In this document: positions 34,875-46,072 of the stretch, piece after piece | Layout: each line of letters begins with the position of its first letter | Numbering within the stretch: the first letter of the stretch is position 1 | Source of the DNA: Histomonas meleagridis 2922-C6/04-290x | Lineage: Eukaryota > Protista > Parabasalia | DNA: 64,000 bases | Assembly: GCA_020184695.1 (NCBI GenBank) | Contig: JAANOX010000230.1 | Coordinates: 71,939-135,938, forward strand | Direction: 5' to 3' | Notes under the pieces: model-generated | The model's input: only the letters and a program-made list of their open reading frames with translations | Database searches by the model: none | What the model was told of the DNA's origin: nothing | Program-made: the position numbers and the translations under genes

Positions 34875-36317
34875 TTTTCTGGCTATTTGGCACCCTGATA
34901 AATTGAATGCGTATTGTTTTTTATATAAGTAAACATCACAAAAGTTGTTAATCAAAATTTTTTGATTTATGAAAACGAATGAAATATTATAAAAATTGAT
35001 AAAGCTGTATATATAATGATATCGAGCAATTACAAAAATACTTTTGGTAACCAAAAATTTTACTGCTTCCAAGAATTATTCCATTTAATTGCTTTGTGAA
35101 GTGCAGTCATAAGCATGAAATACCTCATTTATATTAACTCCTGGTTTGCTTGAAAACTTAACGAGTCATTTCGATATTTTTTTCCTGCACAGGCATAATT
35201 AATGATTTTGAAGGTGATATTTGGAAATATTTAAGAGAAACACGGTCTTTTCTGAAATATATTTATTTCGTAATTATATAGATTAAATTCAATTTATTAT
35301 TAGTAAAATAAATTACATGGATGTATAAATTATCTAAACAGAGTATAATATTAATATTTATTGAAATATGTTCGAAAATTGCATTTGAAATTTTTATCTT
35401 CAAATTTTCAATATCTCTCTATTAGTTGATTTCGATTTATTTTGTAATTTATTTTGTTTTATCACATATATCCATCCCTCTATATTCATTTTAAATTGCA
35501 TTATCTCAAGGGATTGAATTGAATGCAATTTGATCGATTTGAATTCAATTTTTTTGATGCATTTTGCGTTTTTTTTCCCCCTCTTATTTTCTTGGATTCT
35601 AAATTTGTTTCATATTATCACATTATTAAATGGAATTTCGCATATTAATTTCAAAAAAGGATTTTTCTTTTATGATGATTTATTCGTCATTATTCTTAAT
35701 TTTCTTCCTTTTCTTCTTCTTCTTCAATTTCTCCTTTTTCAGGACCATATGAGGAAAATTTATAAAAATGAAATAGAACAATTTTTTCATTTTATTTTGA
35801 TATAAAATTTAATTATCTGTCATATTTTATCAAAAATCTCAATATTTCAATAAATAAAAAAGTACATCATTATGTAGAGATATTATTTTTTTTTAATCAT
35901 AAGTATTACATTCAACCACGAGATTTTATGAGTAAAAATAATGCCTAGGAGACCGTTTATGAATTTATCGAATAATCGTTTTCTATCCAATATAGTGGGC
36001 CCACCTTTAAATAAGATGATTATAAATTTATCACATTTATTTGTACAAAAACATACAACATTCAACGTAAATGTAATCATAATTTAAAATTATTTTTTGT
36101 TGTTTAACAATATTTATTTTGTTAAATCTAAAGTCATTATTTTGTAATACATCTTCAAAATTAAGAATTTATTATTAAAATGAAATGATAAAAAACTTAA
36201 AAAAGTCAAAACGCTAATATCGTTAAGATGATTCCATTTTGTTTTATATAACAACAAAATAATTTTATATTCGTTTATAAAAATTAAATTTAAAAATTTG
36301 ATTATTACACATTTTAT

Positions 36318-38114
36318 TCATAGCCAATTGTCTTCATCTTCTTTGGCAATATCTTCAACTAAACTATTTACTTCTTCGATTTGCTTTGTACTTGATGTTG
36401 TCGTGTCCTTAAATTGTAACTTTGAATTCGATTTTTCTTTCTTGTTATTACTTTTCACTAAAAATATAACAATTCCAACAATGACCAAAACAAATGCAAA
36501 TGATCCGCAAATAATTCCAATCAAAGCATTTGTCGTAATTCCTTTTGGAGAATTTTCATCGGAAGTGTAAAACATTGTAAAGAAATTGGAATAATAATTA
36601 TAATAAGTCGAATAAATAACAATCGTGTAATTGTAATAAATAAATTCTGTTTCAATATATGAAAATGTCGAATTGTTTATATATAATGAAAATGATTTCG
36701 TTTTTGTTTCATAAACAGTTAATGAATGCGTAATTGATAATGTAACTGTTAATGTATATGAAAATGATAATGAAATATCACTTTGAAGTGATACAGTAAA
36801 TGTATCTGAATTAGAAAATGTATTTGATTTTGTGAGTGTATTTGATTGACTAAATGAATGTGTTGGAAGTGGTTCGCATATTCCTTCTGTGGGTTCGCTA
36901 ACAACACCCAAACTTCCAAAATGATCGTCTACATATGTTGGATATGTGATAACGCTTGTTGAAACATTAAAAAATGCACTTTCGCCAATATTTGGTTCTT
37001 TATCTCCATAATAATAAATGCATTGAAGATTATAACAATTCCCAAATGCTGAATTTCCAATTTCTCTAATTCCATTTCCAAGTGTTAATATCGTTAAATT
37101 AGAACACGATGCAAATGCTGAATTCCCAATTGATGTAACTGAATTTGGAATTGTAATGTTTTTGATTAATGAACAGAATGAAAATGATGAACCACTAATT
37201 GTTGTAACATTTTCTCCAAAAATAATCGTTTCTAAATTAAAACATGACGAAAGCACATTAATTCCAATATTTGTGACTGAGCTACCAAAATTAACTGAAA
37301 CAACTGAAGGCCATTCTGAAAATGCACTATTTGGAATTGAATATATATTTTCACTGATAATTATAAATTTTGTTATGTTTTGATATTTATTAATATCTTC
37401 AAATTCATTTGAATACATGATTGAAAGTGTTGAATCATCATAGTTAAATATTTGCAATGAATTTGCAAAAAACATAACAAAAACAAAAATATTTTCAATT
37501 TTTTTCTTTTCTTTTACTTTCAATATATATTTGGTCGTTGATATTTTCTGAACTGAAACCGTATTTTTCTGATAAAATTTGATATAAATAACCGAAAATA
37601 TAATTGAAAAAATGACAGTTAAATAATGTAAAACATTCAAAATATTTGGTCCTTCTTCGTTATCGTTTCGCATCAACAAAAAATGTGAAAATTCACCTTT
37701 TAGAGAAGATATATCTTCATAATATTTGAGCAAGATTTCCTCAAATGTGCTATTCTTGTCAAATATATCAATTTCGAAATCTTTTTTCAAAATGTTTGAA
37801 AAATATGTTCTTCGAAATTTTTGTTGGTTATTAAAATCTTGACGTACTATTGTTGTATATTCATTGTTTTTTATCAAATTTAAAAATATTTTGTTTATCA
37901 AAACTTTATAATTATTATGAAATCTTTTGAATTTTTTGTTCATAATTTCATTAATTGTTACTTCCTTATCACATTTGTAAGTCACTCCTTCCTTGTTTTC
38001 GTGGTTTTGTATTTGGAACATTTCTTCTTGAATACTAGATAGTGTAATAAGCTTTGTATCGTCTCTAAAACGTTTCCTTACTATCGCAAATAGTAACAAA
38101 ATAAGAATTTTCAT
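36318..38114 (-). CDS. BspA-like (LRR_5/TpLRR) surface protein
   Basis: IPNSAFS, ITIPNSVTSIGNSAFASCSNL repeats; S/T stalk, TM, acidic cytosolic tail. Confidence 0.85.
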   Translation of the reverse strand: MKILILLLFAIVRKRFRDDTKLITLSSIQEEMFQIQNHENKEGVTYKCDKEVTINEIMNKKFKRFHNNYKVLINKIFLNLIKNNEYTTIVRQDFNNQQKFRRTYFSNILKKDFEIDIFDKNSTFEEILLKYYEDISSLKGEFSHFLLMRNDNEEGPNILNVLHYLTVIFSIIFSVIYIKFYQKNTVSVQKISTTKYILKVKEKKKIENIFVFVMFFANSLQIFNYDDSTLSIMYSNEFEDINKYQNITKFIIISENIYSIPNSAFSEWPSVVSVNFGSSVTNIGINVLSSCFNLETIIFGENVTTISGSSFSFCSLIKNITIPNSVTSIGNSAFASCSNLTILTLGNGIREIGNSAFGNCYNLQCIYYYGDKEPNIGESAFFNVSTSVITYPTYVDDHFGSLGVVSEPTEGICEPLPTHSFSQSNTLTKSNTFSNSDTFTVSLQSDISLSFSYTLTVTLSITHSLTVYETKTKSFSLYINNSTFSYIETEFIYYNYTIVIYSTYYNYYSNFFTMFYTSDENSPKGITTNALIGIICGSFAFVLVIVGIVIFLVKSNNKKEKSNSKLQFKDTTTSSTKQIEEVNSLVEDIAKEDEDNWL

Positions 38115-38830
38115 GTTTCAGTTTGTAGTATACTACAAGGCCTTCACCAAATATACATCGGCTATCACAAAAGTTTAAAATCTTACGGTTAACCTATAAA
38201 AAATTTGTTGATTTATTGTAGTTTTTCAAATTAATTTTGAAACATTTGAAATGATGTTTTAGAGCCAAAATCAAAGAGATAACTTTAAAACATCACAAAG
38301 ACACTTTCAAATAATTTTATGAATACATGTATTAAAGTTGAAAATGTGATACATCCCTACACGCATAAATTTATGGATTTTTTTATATTCATATATTTCA
38401 ATTATTTGAATACTTTATTTTATTATTACTTTCTTTTGTGTTCATATAAAGAGCCTATAGAAAATTATAAGGAAAACATTTATCAAATCTATTAAAATTT
38501 GAAAGAGATAAAGATTCGGAATATAGTTGTCGAAAATAAGTACTGGGTACCCACTTTTTTATGCATACTCTATCATTGAATCCATAACACGAGTGCAGAT
38601 AGGGTACCCTATCGTTTTGCGACGGTTTTTGGGTACTCAACGTTTTCATAACACATTTTTGAAACAACAAAGAGATTGAAGGAAAATGGAAAAATCGATA
38701 AACATAAAACTCGAAAAGATTTCCTTGTTGATTGTGTGAATTTATCGGATACACCTTTTTCACGATCACTCTATCGGTATTTTGGGGCTACCTCATATTC
38801 AAAAACATTACTTGCAATTAAAAAGTATTA

Positions 38831-40699
38831 ATGGGAAATAATCAAGCTCAAATCAAAGAAAAAAATACAGATTTTATAGGAATATTGCAACAAATAGAAG
38901 ATGATATCTTTAATATGAATGAAAACAATATTTTAGAAACAGTTGAGTCAACATTATATTTTATAATTCAGCAATATCCATATTCATTTAAACTTATAAT
39001 TTGTCAATTACTTTATTCATATTTTGAATTTTTTTGAATAAAAAAAATTATTTAAAATAAAAGAAGAAGAATTATATAAGAAAAATAAAGGTATAAATAA
39101 TGAAATGAAAGAAGATAATATCATTAATATTTTTACAGAATTTCTTTTTAAATTGAATACACAAGAATCGAATTATATTCTCGAAAGATTAATAGAAAAT
39201 AAAATAATTGAAGACAAAAAGATCAGAAGTATAAACTCATTATTATTTATTAATTATAAAAGAAAAAAAGAAATTAAAAATATAAAATCTAAGTTTCTAC
39301 AATCAACTTTAGATAATTACAAAGCTCTTTCAAAGAATAATTTTGAACTTCATAAGCAATATGTTAAAGAAGGTGTTAATCCAAATGTAATTTCAAAAAT
39401 AATTCGAAATGATGAAATAGATAAACTTCAAGAAATGTCATCACAATCAAATTTCGATTTTAATCAAACAATTGAACCATCACTTTATGAAAGATGTTCA
39501 TTTATTAATGAAGATAATGTTACATTAATTGATTATGCAGCATTTTTTGGATCAGTTAAATGTTTTAAGTATTTACTTATAAATAATGCTAAAATAAATA
39601 ACACAGGTAGATATGCAGTTGCAAGTGGGAATGAAGAAATCATTCATTTACGTGAACAAAATCATTCATCATTTGATAAAGCATATGAAACAGCAATTAT
39701 GTTTCACCGAAATGATATTTTTCATTATTTGAATGAAAATCATAAGAATATTCATGATTTAGAATTTTTAGGGAAGAAATGTATTTTGAATAACAATTAT
39801 AATATTCTTTCATTTTTAGAAAAAGAAGGCATGCAAGCTGATAAATTGATTCTTATTGCATCAATTGATAATGGGAATTTATTTATTTTCCAATATTTTC
39901 AAGATAAAATATCAAAACCAATAAAATTTTCAGAGATTTCAAGTTATTCTGGTAATAAAGAACTGTTTAATTACCTTATTAAACATAAATATATTGACTT
40001 AAAACAAAATGTTTGAAAAATTTGTATGAATTTTATTAAAATGATTTTATATATCAAAATAATATTTGGAAATTATTTAAAATATTTAGAGCACTTATTT
40101 TAGAATCTGAAAATGGTCATACAGAAATAGTTAAATTACTTCTTGAACAAGAAAGAATTGATGTTAATGCTAAAGATATTTATTTGCTTTATTTAATATT
40201 TATTTTAATAATTCTTTATTTCGAAATAGTATTTGGAAATTATTTAAATTATTTAAAACAGCACTTATGTTTGCATCTTGGAATGGTCATACAGAAATTG
40301 TTAAATTACTTCTTGAACAAAAAGGAATTGATATTAATGCTAAAAATATTTATTTGTTTTATTTAGTATTTATTTTAATAATTTTATATTTCAAAATAAT
40401 ATTTGGAAATTATTTAAATTATTTAGAACAGCACTTATGAAAGCATCTGAAAATGGTCATACAGAAATCGTTAAATTACTTCTTGAACAAGAAGGAATTG
40501 ATATTAATGCTAAAGATATTTATTTGTTTTATTTAATATTTATTTTAATAATTTTATATTTCAAAATAATATTTGGAAATTATTTAAATTATTTAATACA
40601 GCACTTATGTACGCATCTTATAAAGGTCGTAAAAAAATAGTTGGTTTAATTAAAAAGAAACTTGAAATAAATAATTCGTATAAAGTATCATTTAAATAA
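38831..40699 (+). CDS. DUF3447-type ankyrin repeat protein; four ankyrin hairpins interrupted by 51-nt and 17-nt inserts
   Basis: N-terminal IIRNDEIDKLQE, LIDYAAFFGSVKCFKYL, AVASGNEEII. Repeats TALMxASENGHTEIVKLLLEQxGIDINAKD at a 170-nt period. Removing the inserts leaves an open frame to TAA 40697-40699. An extra frame break lies near 39037-39105. Confidence 0.75.
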
Positions 40700-40852
40700 C
40701 TTATATAAAGATGAAATAATAAGAAGAACTTAATTTTTTCATTAAGAATAATAGTTCTTGAAAAGGATTATTTTATATATTTCAAATATAATATTTTATT
40801 CATAAATTTCTCTCTGAGTAAATAAAATTTTCATAAATTATTTACTTATTCT

Positions 40853-41090
40853 TTAGGTGATTAATCCTTGCGAAATCACAGTTGTAGTGTCCTGTTCATT
40901 CTTTTTCTTTTTTGCTTTGACAAAACATATAATTCCGATAATTACTCCGATTATAGAAGCAGCTACAGCAATGGAAATTACAACGATTGGATCTTTTCCT
41001 AATCCATCTTTTTTATATCCAGAGATGATTTGTTTTATATATTCAAGACTTTTGTCCATGTTACAATTGTAACATTTTTATTTAAGAATT
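40853..41090 (-). pseudogene. Orphan C-terminal fragment (TM + cytosolic tail) of a surface protein gene
   Basis: IVVISIAVAASIIGVIIGIICF-KAKKKK TM and stop-transfer; shares 44 identical nt with 13212..13255. Confidence 0.5.
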
Positions 41091-41363
41091 TCAGCATATA
41101 AAAAGTTAGGAGACCAATCAACAAAAAAAAAGGTATTCATATTCAACAAATTAAATGAATTACCACAAAATCTGTTTCATAAATCATTAAAAAAAATCTA
41201 TTTTTCAGACATGATAAAACACAATATGAAGAATTATCCTGTAAGAATAATTTGATCGAATTAAATGACTTTAGATTCTAAACGTTCTCTGTGCGAACAG
41301 ATTTTGCTTATAACTTTTTGTATAGTATATTTTTAAAAATAGCAAACTCGAAAAAAAGGGATT

Positions 41364-42647
41364 ATGACTAAGGTTTTACCTCTCGGATTATCAGTTTTCA
41401 AATTCCAAATTCGTTCTTCAGCTTCAACAAAATTATCTTGGTTTGTTTTTTTCTTCTCATTTTTAATTAGCATTATTTATGCAATCATTAATGAAAAAGA
41501 TAGTGAAATTCAGATCGAATACAAGGGATTGCAAACAAAAGAAGGAAATAGATCTTATGTTCTTGCTTCATTCCCTGGTACGAACTATACAAATCTTTTT
41601 TCAATTATTTTGTTGACTTTCATGAATGATAATCTCGATATTTTACCCATAAATACCGAATTTTGTTGTCAGTGGTTTCATCCAGTCAAGAGCTCTATTA
41701 TTCCACTTCAATATTTTGCTTCAAATGATACAGTAAGATTATTCTTATCTGGATTTTTTTCTTATGATTTACTTACATCACAAATCCACATAGAAAACAA
41801 AGAAAACAACATCCATTCTGTTCGTATTTTATATATTACAGGAAATCCAGAATTTGGAGAAATCACAATTCGCATTCGATACATACTTTCCTTTATTTCT
41901 CTTGCGTGCTTTGTTGTGTACTTACCTTCGCTTATCTTTTTTACTCACAAAAAAGTTCGTACGGAACAATTATTATCTTTATTTGGATTATTAATATCTT
42001 TCTTGTCCAATTTCCCTCTTAGTTTTAATGACAGACTTTACGATAACATTTACGCTTATGTGTTTTCGTTAGCTATGAAAGGTATATTTCATACATATAT
42101 TCTTGTATGCATGTATCTCTTCTTATATATTGCTAATTCTGGTAAACACGTTTTGCTTTGTTTGCTTCTCTCCATTCTTATAGTTATTGGAAGTGGTTTT
42201 TCCGAAGTCACCAAAGATACGAGATTACTTGGAATGTTCTTTGAAGGTAATGTTATAGTTTCTATATACTTTAGCACTGTTACTATCATTGGGAAAGTTT
42301 GTATTTGTTCTCTAATTGTTTATAATATTATCGATTTCATGATACAAGGAAAAGATGGAACCATCTTATTCCTAGCCTATGGTATCTCCTCTTTCTTCCT
42401 TGTATTGATGTGCTTTACTAGTTGGATAGACATTGTCTTGAACCATTACGAGAATTATTCACTTGAATTCTTTACATATTATTCTTTCCAAACGATACTG
42501 TCACTTTTTTATGCCGACATTCATTGGCCTCAAATCCCTTATTCTAAAAATAGAAATTATCAAGAAAAAGCACTTGATAATTCTGGATTTCAAGAAGTTA
42601 GTTCTGTTCATGAAACAGTTGGAGATGAAGTAAATAATTTTGATTGA
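41364..42647 (+). CDS. Multi-pass membrane protein (about 7-8 TM)
   Basis: 427-aa ORF: N-terminal TM, luminal domain, multiple hydrophobic helices. Confidence 0.7.
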   Translation: MTKVLPLGLSVFKFQIRSSASTKLSWFVFFFSFLISIIYAIINEKDSEIQIEYKGLQTKEGNRSYVLASFPGTNYTNLFSIILLTFMNDNLDILPINTEFCCQWFHPVKSSIIPLQYFASNDTVRLFLSGFFSYDLLTSQIHIENKENNIHSVRILYITGNPEFGEITIRIRYILSFISLACFVVYLPSLIFFTHKKVRTEQLLSLFGLLISFLSNFPLSFNDRLYDNIYAYVFSLAMKGIFHTYILVCMYLFLYIANSGKHVLLCLLLSILIVIGSGFSEVTKDTRLLGMFFEGNVIVSIYFSTVTIIGKVCICSLIVYNIIDFMIQGKDGTILFLAYGISSFFLVLMCFTSWIDIVLNHYENYSLEFFTYYSFQTILSLFYADIHWPQIPYSKNRNYQEKALDNSGFQEVSSVHETVGDEVNNFD

Positions 42648-42746
42648 ATGAATTCATAACGTGTTAACCGTCAGAAAAACGGTTATCAATTCAAATAACT
42701 TTTCGTTTTTCAGGGCAAATTATGTAATGAAAAAGTTATTAGTGTA

Positions 42747-43403
42747 ATGGATGTAAAATCAATGCTCAACAAAAAGGTTCAACTACCTCCAATCGATATG
42801 TTTTTCAATGGAAATCATGCTGGAGTATCACCAGCTACCCAACTCCCACCTCTTGAATCAACAAGTTTCCCAGTAAATAATTGTCAACCAACAATGAACC
42901 CAATTGTTGAGGAAAACGAAGAGCCTGAAGAACCTGAAGACAGCGGAGATCCAAATAGATCAGCACCTTATACATTAAGGGATGACTTACTTATCTTTAA
43001 GGTAGTTGCAACATATTATGGCTTTGGATTCCACGGAAAGATTCCATGGTCATTTTGGCAGACCTACAAAAGGGTCGCTAACTCAAATAGATCTAATTCA
43101 AGTTTGTACCATCATTGGAATGGAGCAATGAAGAAAAAATACGACGCTTTTATTTCTAATGGAAGACTTGGTGATTGTATAATGTGGCTGGAAGCTGTTA
43201 TTTCTTCAGAAGGAGTGAAGAATACACAACAACCTTATCAGCCAACAGGCCAACCACTATTTCATAATAGATCTCAGCCATCTGTTCCACTGTCTCAGTT
43301 TAACATCCAACAACCAAAACAGCCGCTTGCTCTAGTAAGAACTTCATCTTCCTTCAGTGCGGCTGACATACCAAATTTTCCTCAAAAACAGATGAATTTA
43401 TGA
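42747..43403 (+). CDS. Myb-like DNA-binding domain protein
   Basis: PYTLRDDLLIF...PWSFW......RSNSSLYHHWNGAMKKKY. Confidence 0.65.
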   Translation: MDVKSMLNKKVQLPPIDMFFNGNHAGVSPATQLPPLESTSFPVNNCQPTMNPIVEENEEPEEPEDSGDPNRSAPYTLRDDLLIFKVVATYYGFGFHGKIPWSFWQTYKRVANSNRSNSSLYHHWNGAMKKKYDAFISNGRLGDCIMWLEAVISSEGVKNTQQPYQPTGQPLFHNRSQPSVPLSQFNIQQPKQPLALVRTSSSFSAADIPNFPQKQMNL

Positions 43404-43854
43404 CTACGCGTAGATAAATATATTTTCCATCACAACAAAAGTATTACTCTTGAGGAAAATGATGGAATTACAGCAATAAAAAGAAATAAAGAGTATTTTT
43501 TCACATTCTTTTGTTCTATCGTACAATGAATTCAATTTCGGTTTTCGTTCCATCCATTCAATTATTCTGAAGAAAATATTTACACAACAAATTTTACTCA
43601 CAATTTTGAATGGAATTAATTTCTTTGTGAGGTGTTTTTTCGATGAAGATTTTTCCCCTATGTGAACTTGTTGTGAAGAGTTTTTTTGAAGTTTTTAAAT
43701 GAACTATTTCAATCTATCATAAACACAAAGTATTATTTGATTAGTAAATTGATTTGTTGAACATGATGTGAAATAAGAATTTTATTAAACAGTTAAAAAT
43801 TAATTCAAAATTGAATTAACAACGATCAAAAATACCTAAAAAAGTTTCAGCTGA

Positions 43855-44586
43855 TTAAAGGTTTAGCATATCCTCTAACGTGAAATCTGGTGTTGAAGCA
43901 AGAACTTCAGCATCAGTTTTTCCTTCAACATCTTTGTGAGTTGGAATTGGTGGGATTTTGTCAAGCTTTTTGATTCCTTTCTTGAAATTAGCTAAATATT
44001 CGGCTTCATTAGCTCTTGTTTGTGGTTGGCGAGCAGAATAATAGCAAAGAGAGCGAACTGGTTGCATACCACTAAATCTAAATCCAAAAGTAGTTGCAAA
44101 TAGAACGCTATCAATAGGAGCAACCTTTTCAAATAACAATTTACCAGCACCAGTGGTGATGATGCACATGATTTTCTTGCCACTAAGAAGACCTGATTCC
44201 ATATTATGTGTTTTATCATATGCAAAGCCGAATGTGAAAACACGTTCAATATATGCATAGAAGCATGCTGGGAAACGGAAGTAGTACATTGGACCAACTA
44301 CAATGACATGTGTAGCCCACTTAAGAAGTTCTTGTTGCTTTGTGATTTCTTCAACTAAATTGTTTTCTAATGCTTGGCTAGCTTGTGGTAAGAAATCGTC
44401 ACCTTCAAAAACAGGGTGAACATAATCGTTAATGGAAATTGTTTTAAGAAATCCTTCAGACTTTAAATCAACAACTTTAACCTCATTGCCATCCTCAAGG
44501 AGAGATTCCTTAGCAGCGTTAGCAAGTCTGTAAGCTGTTGCATGGTTATTAGGGTCTTGATGAGCGATTAAAATTAGAACCTTCAT
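43855..44586 (-). CDS. NAD(P)H dehydrogenase (quinone), flavodoxin-like fold
   Basis: MKVLILIAHQDP, PMYYFRFPACFYAYIERVFTFGFAY, L.GKKIMCIITTGA. Confidence 0.9.
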   Translation of the reverse strand: MKVLILIAHQDPNNHATAYRLANAAKESLLEDGNEVKVVDLKSEGFLKTISINDYVHPVFEGDDFLPQASQALENNLVEEITKQQELLKWATHVIVVGPMYYFRFPACFYAYIERVFTFGFAYDKTHNMESGLLSGKKIMCIITTGAGKLLFEKVAPIDSVLFATTFGFRFSGMQPVRSLCYYSARQPQTRANEAEYLANFKKGIKKLDKIPPIPTHKDVEGKTDAEVLASTPDFTLEDMLNL

Positions 44587-45156
44587 GTGACAAAGTGACA
44601 TAAAACGATACAAAATTGAATTGGACGATTCGCCGGGCCCTCAGAATTATGTTAAAATTTAGGTTAAAATTTTAAAGCCCACAAAATTCTGAGCCTCATT
44701 TATGGATTTGAACGGTTGACATTTTTGGATTCTGAATGGACTTTCCGATAGGAGAATTTGAACCAATTTTTATCGGAAACCTTCATAGGTATTTTTAACG
44801 TATTCACAGTTAACATCATTAACACGATATATTAAACTCGAAATGCGATTTCCACCCATCGTACATAGCGATCAACCTACAATTTTGATATTGTGGATAT
44901 ATAATATACATACATAGTTGCATCTATGATTAATAAAATACTAAATATAATATCATGATTAGCACGAGATAAATTTATTCTTTCTTTCCAAATAGTGCCA
45001 AATATCGACTTTTGCATTAGTTTACATTAAACGATATGAGCTATGATAAGTGACGATATAAGAGAATTCGAATGACGGTAAATATTATTCAATATTTACT
45101 TTTTTCTTGTAATAATAAATATTTATCCACATCATTGAAATTTGCAAACAGCCAAA

Positions 45157-45474
45157 TTAAATGATTCTTAGTTTGTTAAAAAATAAAAATATTGAAATTT
45201 TATCAACCGTACCAGCGGGGACATAAACTAGAGCCCATAATAATGGGATATCGACATCAGTGATCATTTTTAAAGTAAAATTCTTTACTTTACGCATACC
45301 TTGGGTAGCGACGGCAGTGATAAGGGTGGTATTTACTTGATCACCTACGGCGCCGTCACCGACACCTGTATTAAATGTAATGTTTCCTGAACAGTTATAA
45401 GTCTCATTAGAATACTTTACAGTTTTCAATGGACGTCCACGTGAATAACTACGTCTACGTAACCTACGAGGCAT
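45157..45474 (-). CDS. cap: CRESS capsid protein, 3'-truncated at about 45205
   Basis: Arg-rich start MPRRLRRRSYSRGRPLKTVKYSNETY, then QGMRKVKNFTL and WALVYVP.GT (recalled from small kirkovirus/Po-Circo-like capsids). Runs into AT-rich host sequence after VPAGT. Confidence 0.8.
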   Translation of the reverse strand: MPRRLRRRSYSRGRPLKTVKYSNETYNCSGNITFNTGVGDGAVGDQVNTTLITAVATQGMRKVKNFTLKMITDVDIPLLWALVYVPAGTVDKISIFLFFNKLRII

Positions 45475-45487
45475 AACAATAAAAAAT

Positions 45488-45835
45488 TTAATGCTGTGGG
45501 AGATTTATTAATTGAGGGTGAATAAGATAAGAAGGAACATCCTTACGGCGACGATCATAACGGATGGCACCTATCGAGACTATTGGAAGTACAATAATCC
45601 AATTCTCAACCAACTGAGGATTCTCCTTAATAAAGCCCTTAAGTAGGCCAACGTTGCTGAAATATATGGATTTAACTTGGCCTTCATTGTCTGGCATAAG
45701 GCATGGAGCAAGGAGTGTAAAAACTGGTGGAGGGATAGGGTACGGTTTTTCATCGTCTTCCGACTGCATTGATTCGGGACAAATATTAGAGAAATCAAAA
45801 TCATTGTCGCTAAAGCCAATCGAAAGAATCTTCAT
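45488..45835 (-). CDS. Viral accessory ORF of unknown function
   Basis: Intact 115-aa ORF ending 13 nt before the cap ATG, same strand, higher GC than host flanks. Confidence 0.6.
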   Translation of the reverse strand: MKILSIGFSDNDFDFSNICPESMQSEDDEKPYPIPPPVFTLLAPCLMPDNEGQVKSIYFSNVGLLKGFIKENPQLVENWIIVLPIVSIGAIRYDRRRKDVPSYLIHPQLINLPQH

Positions 45836-46072
45836 ATTCCTTTGGACAAAAAAAATTAAAATGATATTCCCACATTCGTGTCAAGTTAGGAACTTGCTTA
45901 TGACATGTTACATGAAAAACTTTAACTTTACAACATGTCAATTGAATACTATATTAAAAAAAAAAGAATTCAATTAGAAAAATTTCAACGGTTAGAAAAT
46001 GTATAAGATTCCAATTATATAATTATATTTCAATTGAAAATAAACGTCAATGAAATTAAATCACTTTAAAGA

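Noticed and set aside
35530-36080. Short hydrophobic ORFs in AT-rich intergenic DNA (also 12624-12833, 27972-28160, 47452-47703, 54313-54660)
   Set aside because: Composition (F/I/L/K/N-rich) is what random AT-rich DNA yields; no motifs, several non-ATG starts.
40011-40600. Single canonical GT-AG intron explanation for the ankyrin spacers
   Set aside because: A GT..AG pair in frame works for the 40348 unit only (giving IYL-TAL with no consensus Gly). Other units have GC or AA at the equivalent sites, the shared ACAG acceptor gives the wrong frame, and no ACTAAC branch motif is present.
40100-40620. CRISPR-like repeat-spacer array
   Set aside because: Units are 170-nt tandem repeats encoding ankyrin motifs, with near-identical rather than unique spacers, in a eukaryotic context with no cas genes.
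43439-43447. AAGTATTAC nonanucleotide-like match
   Set aside because: Outside the viral element, with no flanking stem; expected by chance in AT-rich DNA.
44640-44693. 13-bp imperfect inverted repeat upstream of the quinone reductase
   Set aside because: One mismatch, AT-rich, no TSD or second copy; not distinguishable from chance.
45901-45940. Inverted repeat TGACATGTT/AACATGTCA in the cap-rep intergenic region as viral origin
   Set aside because: Short AT-rich 9-bp stem with a 22-nt loop and no recognisable nick motif; weaker than the 47223-47299 hairpin, though not excluded.
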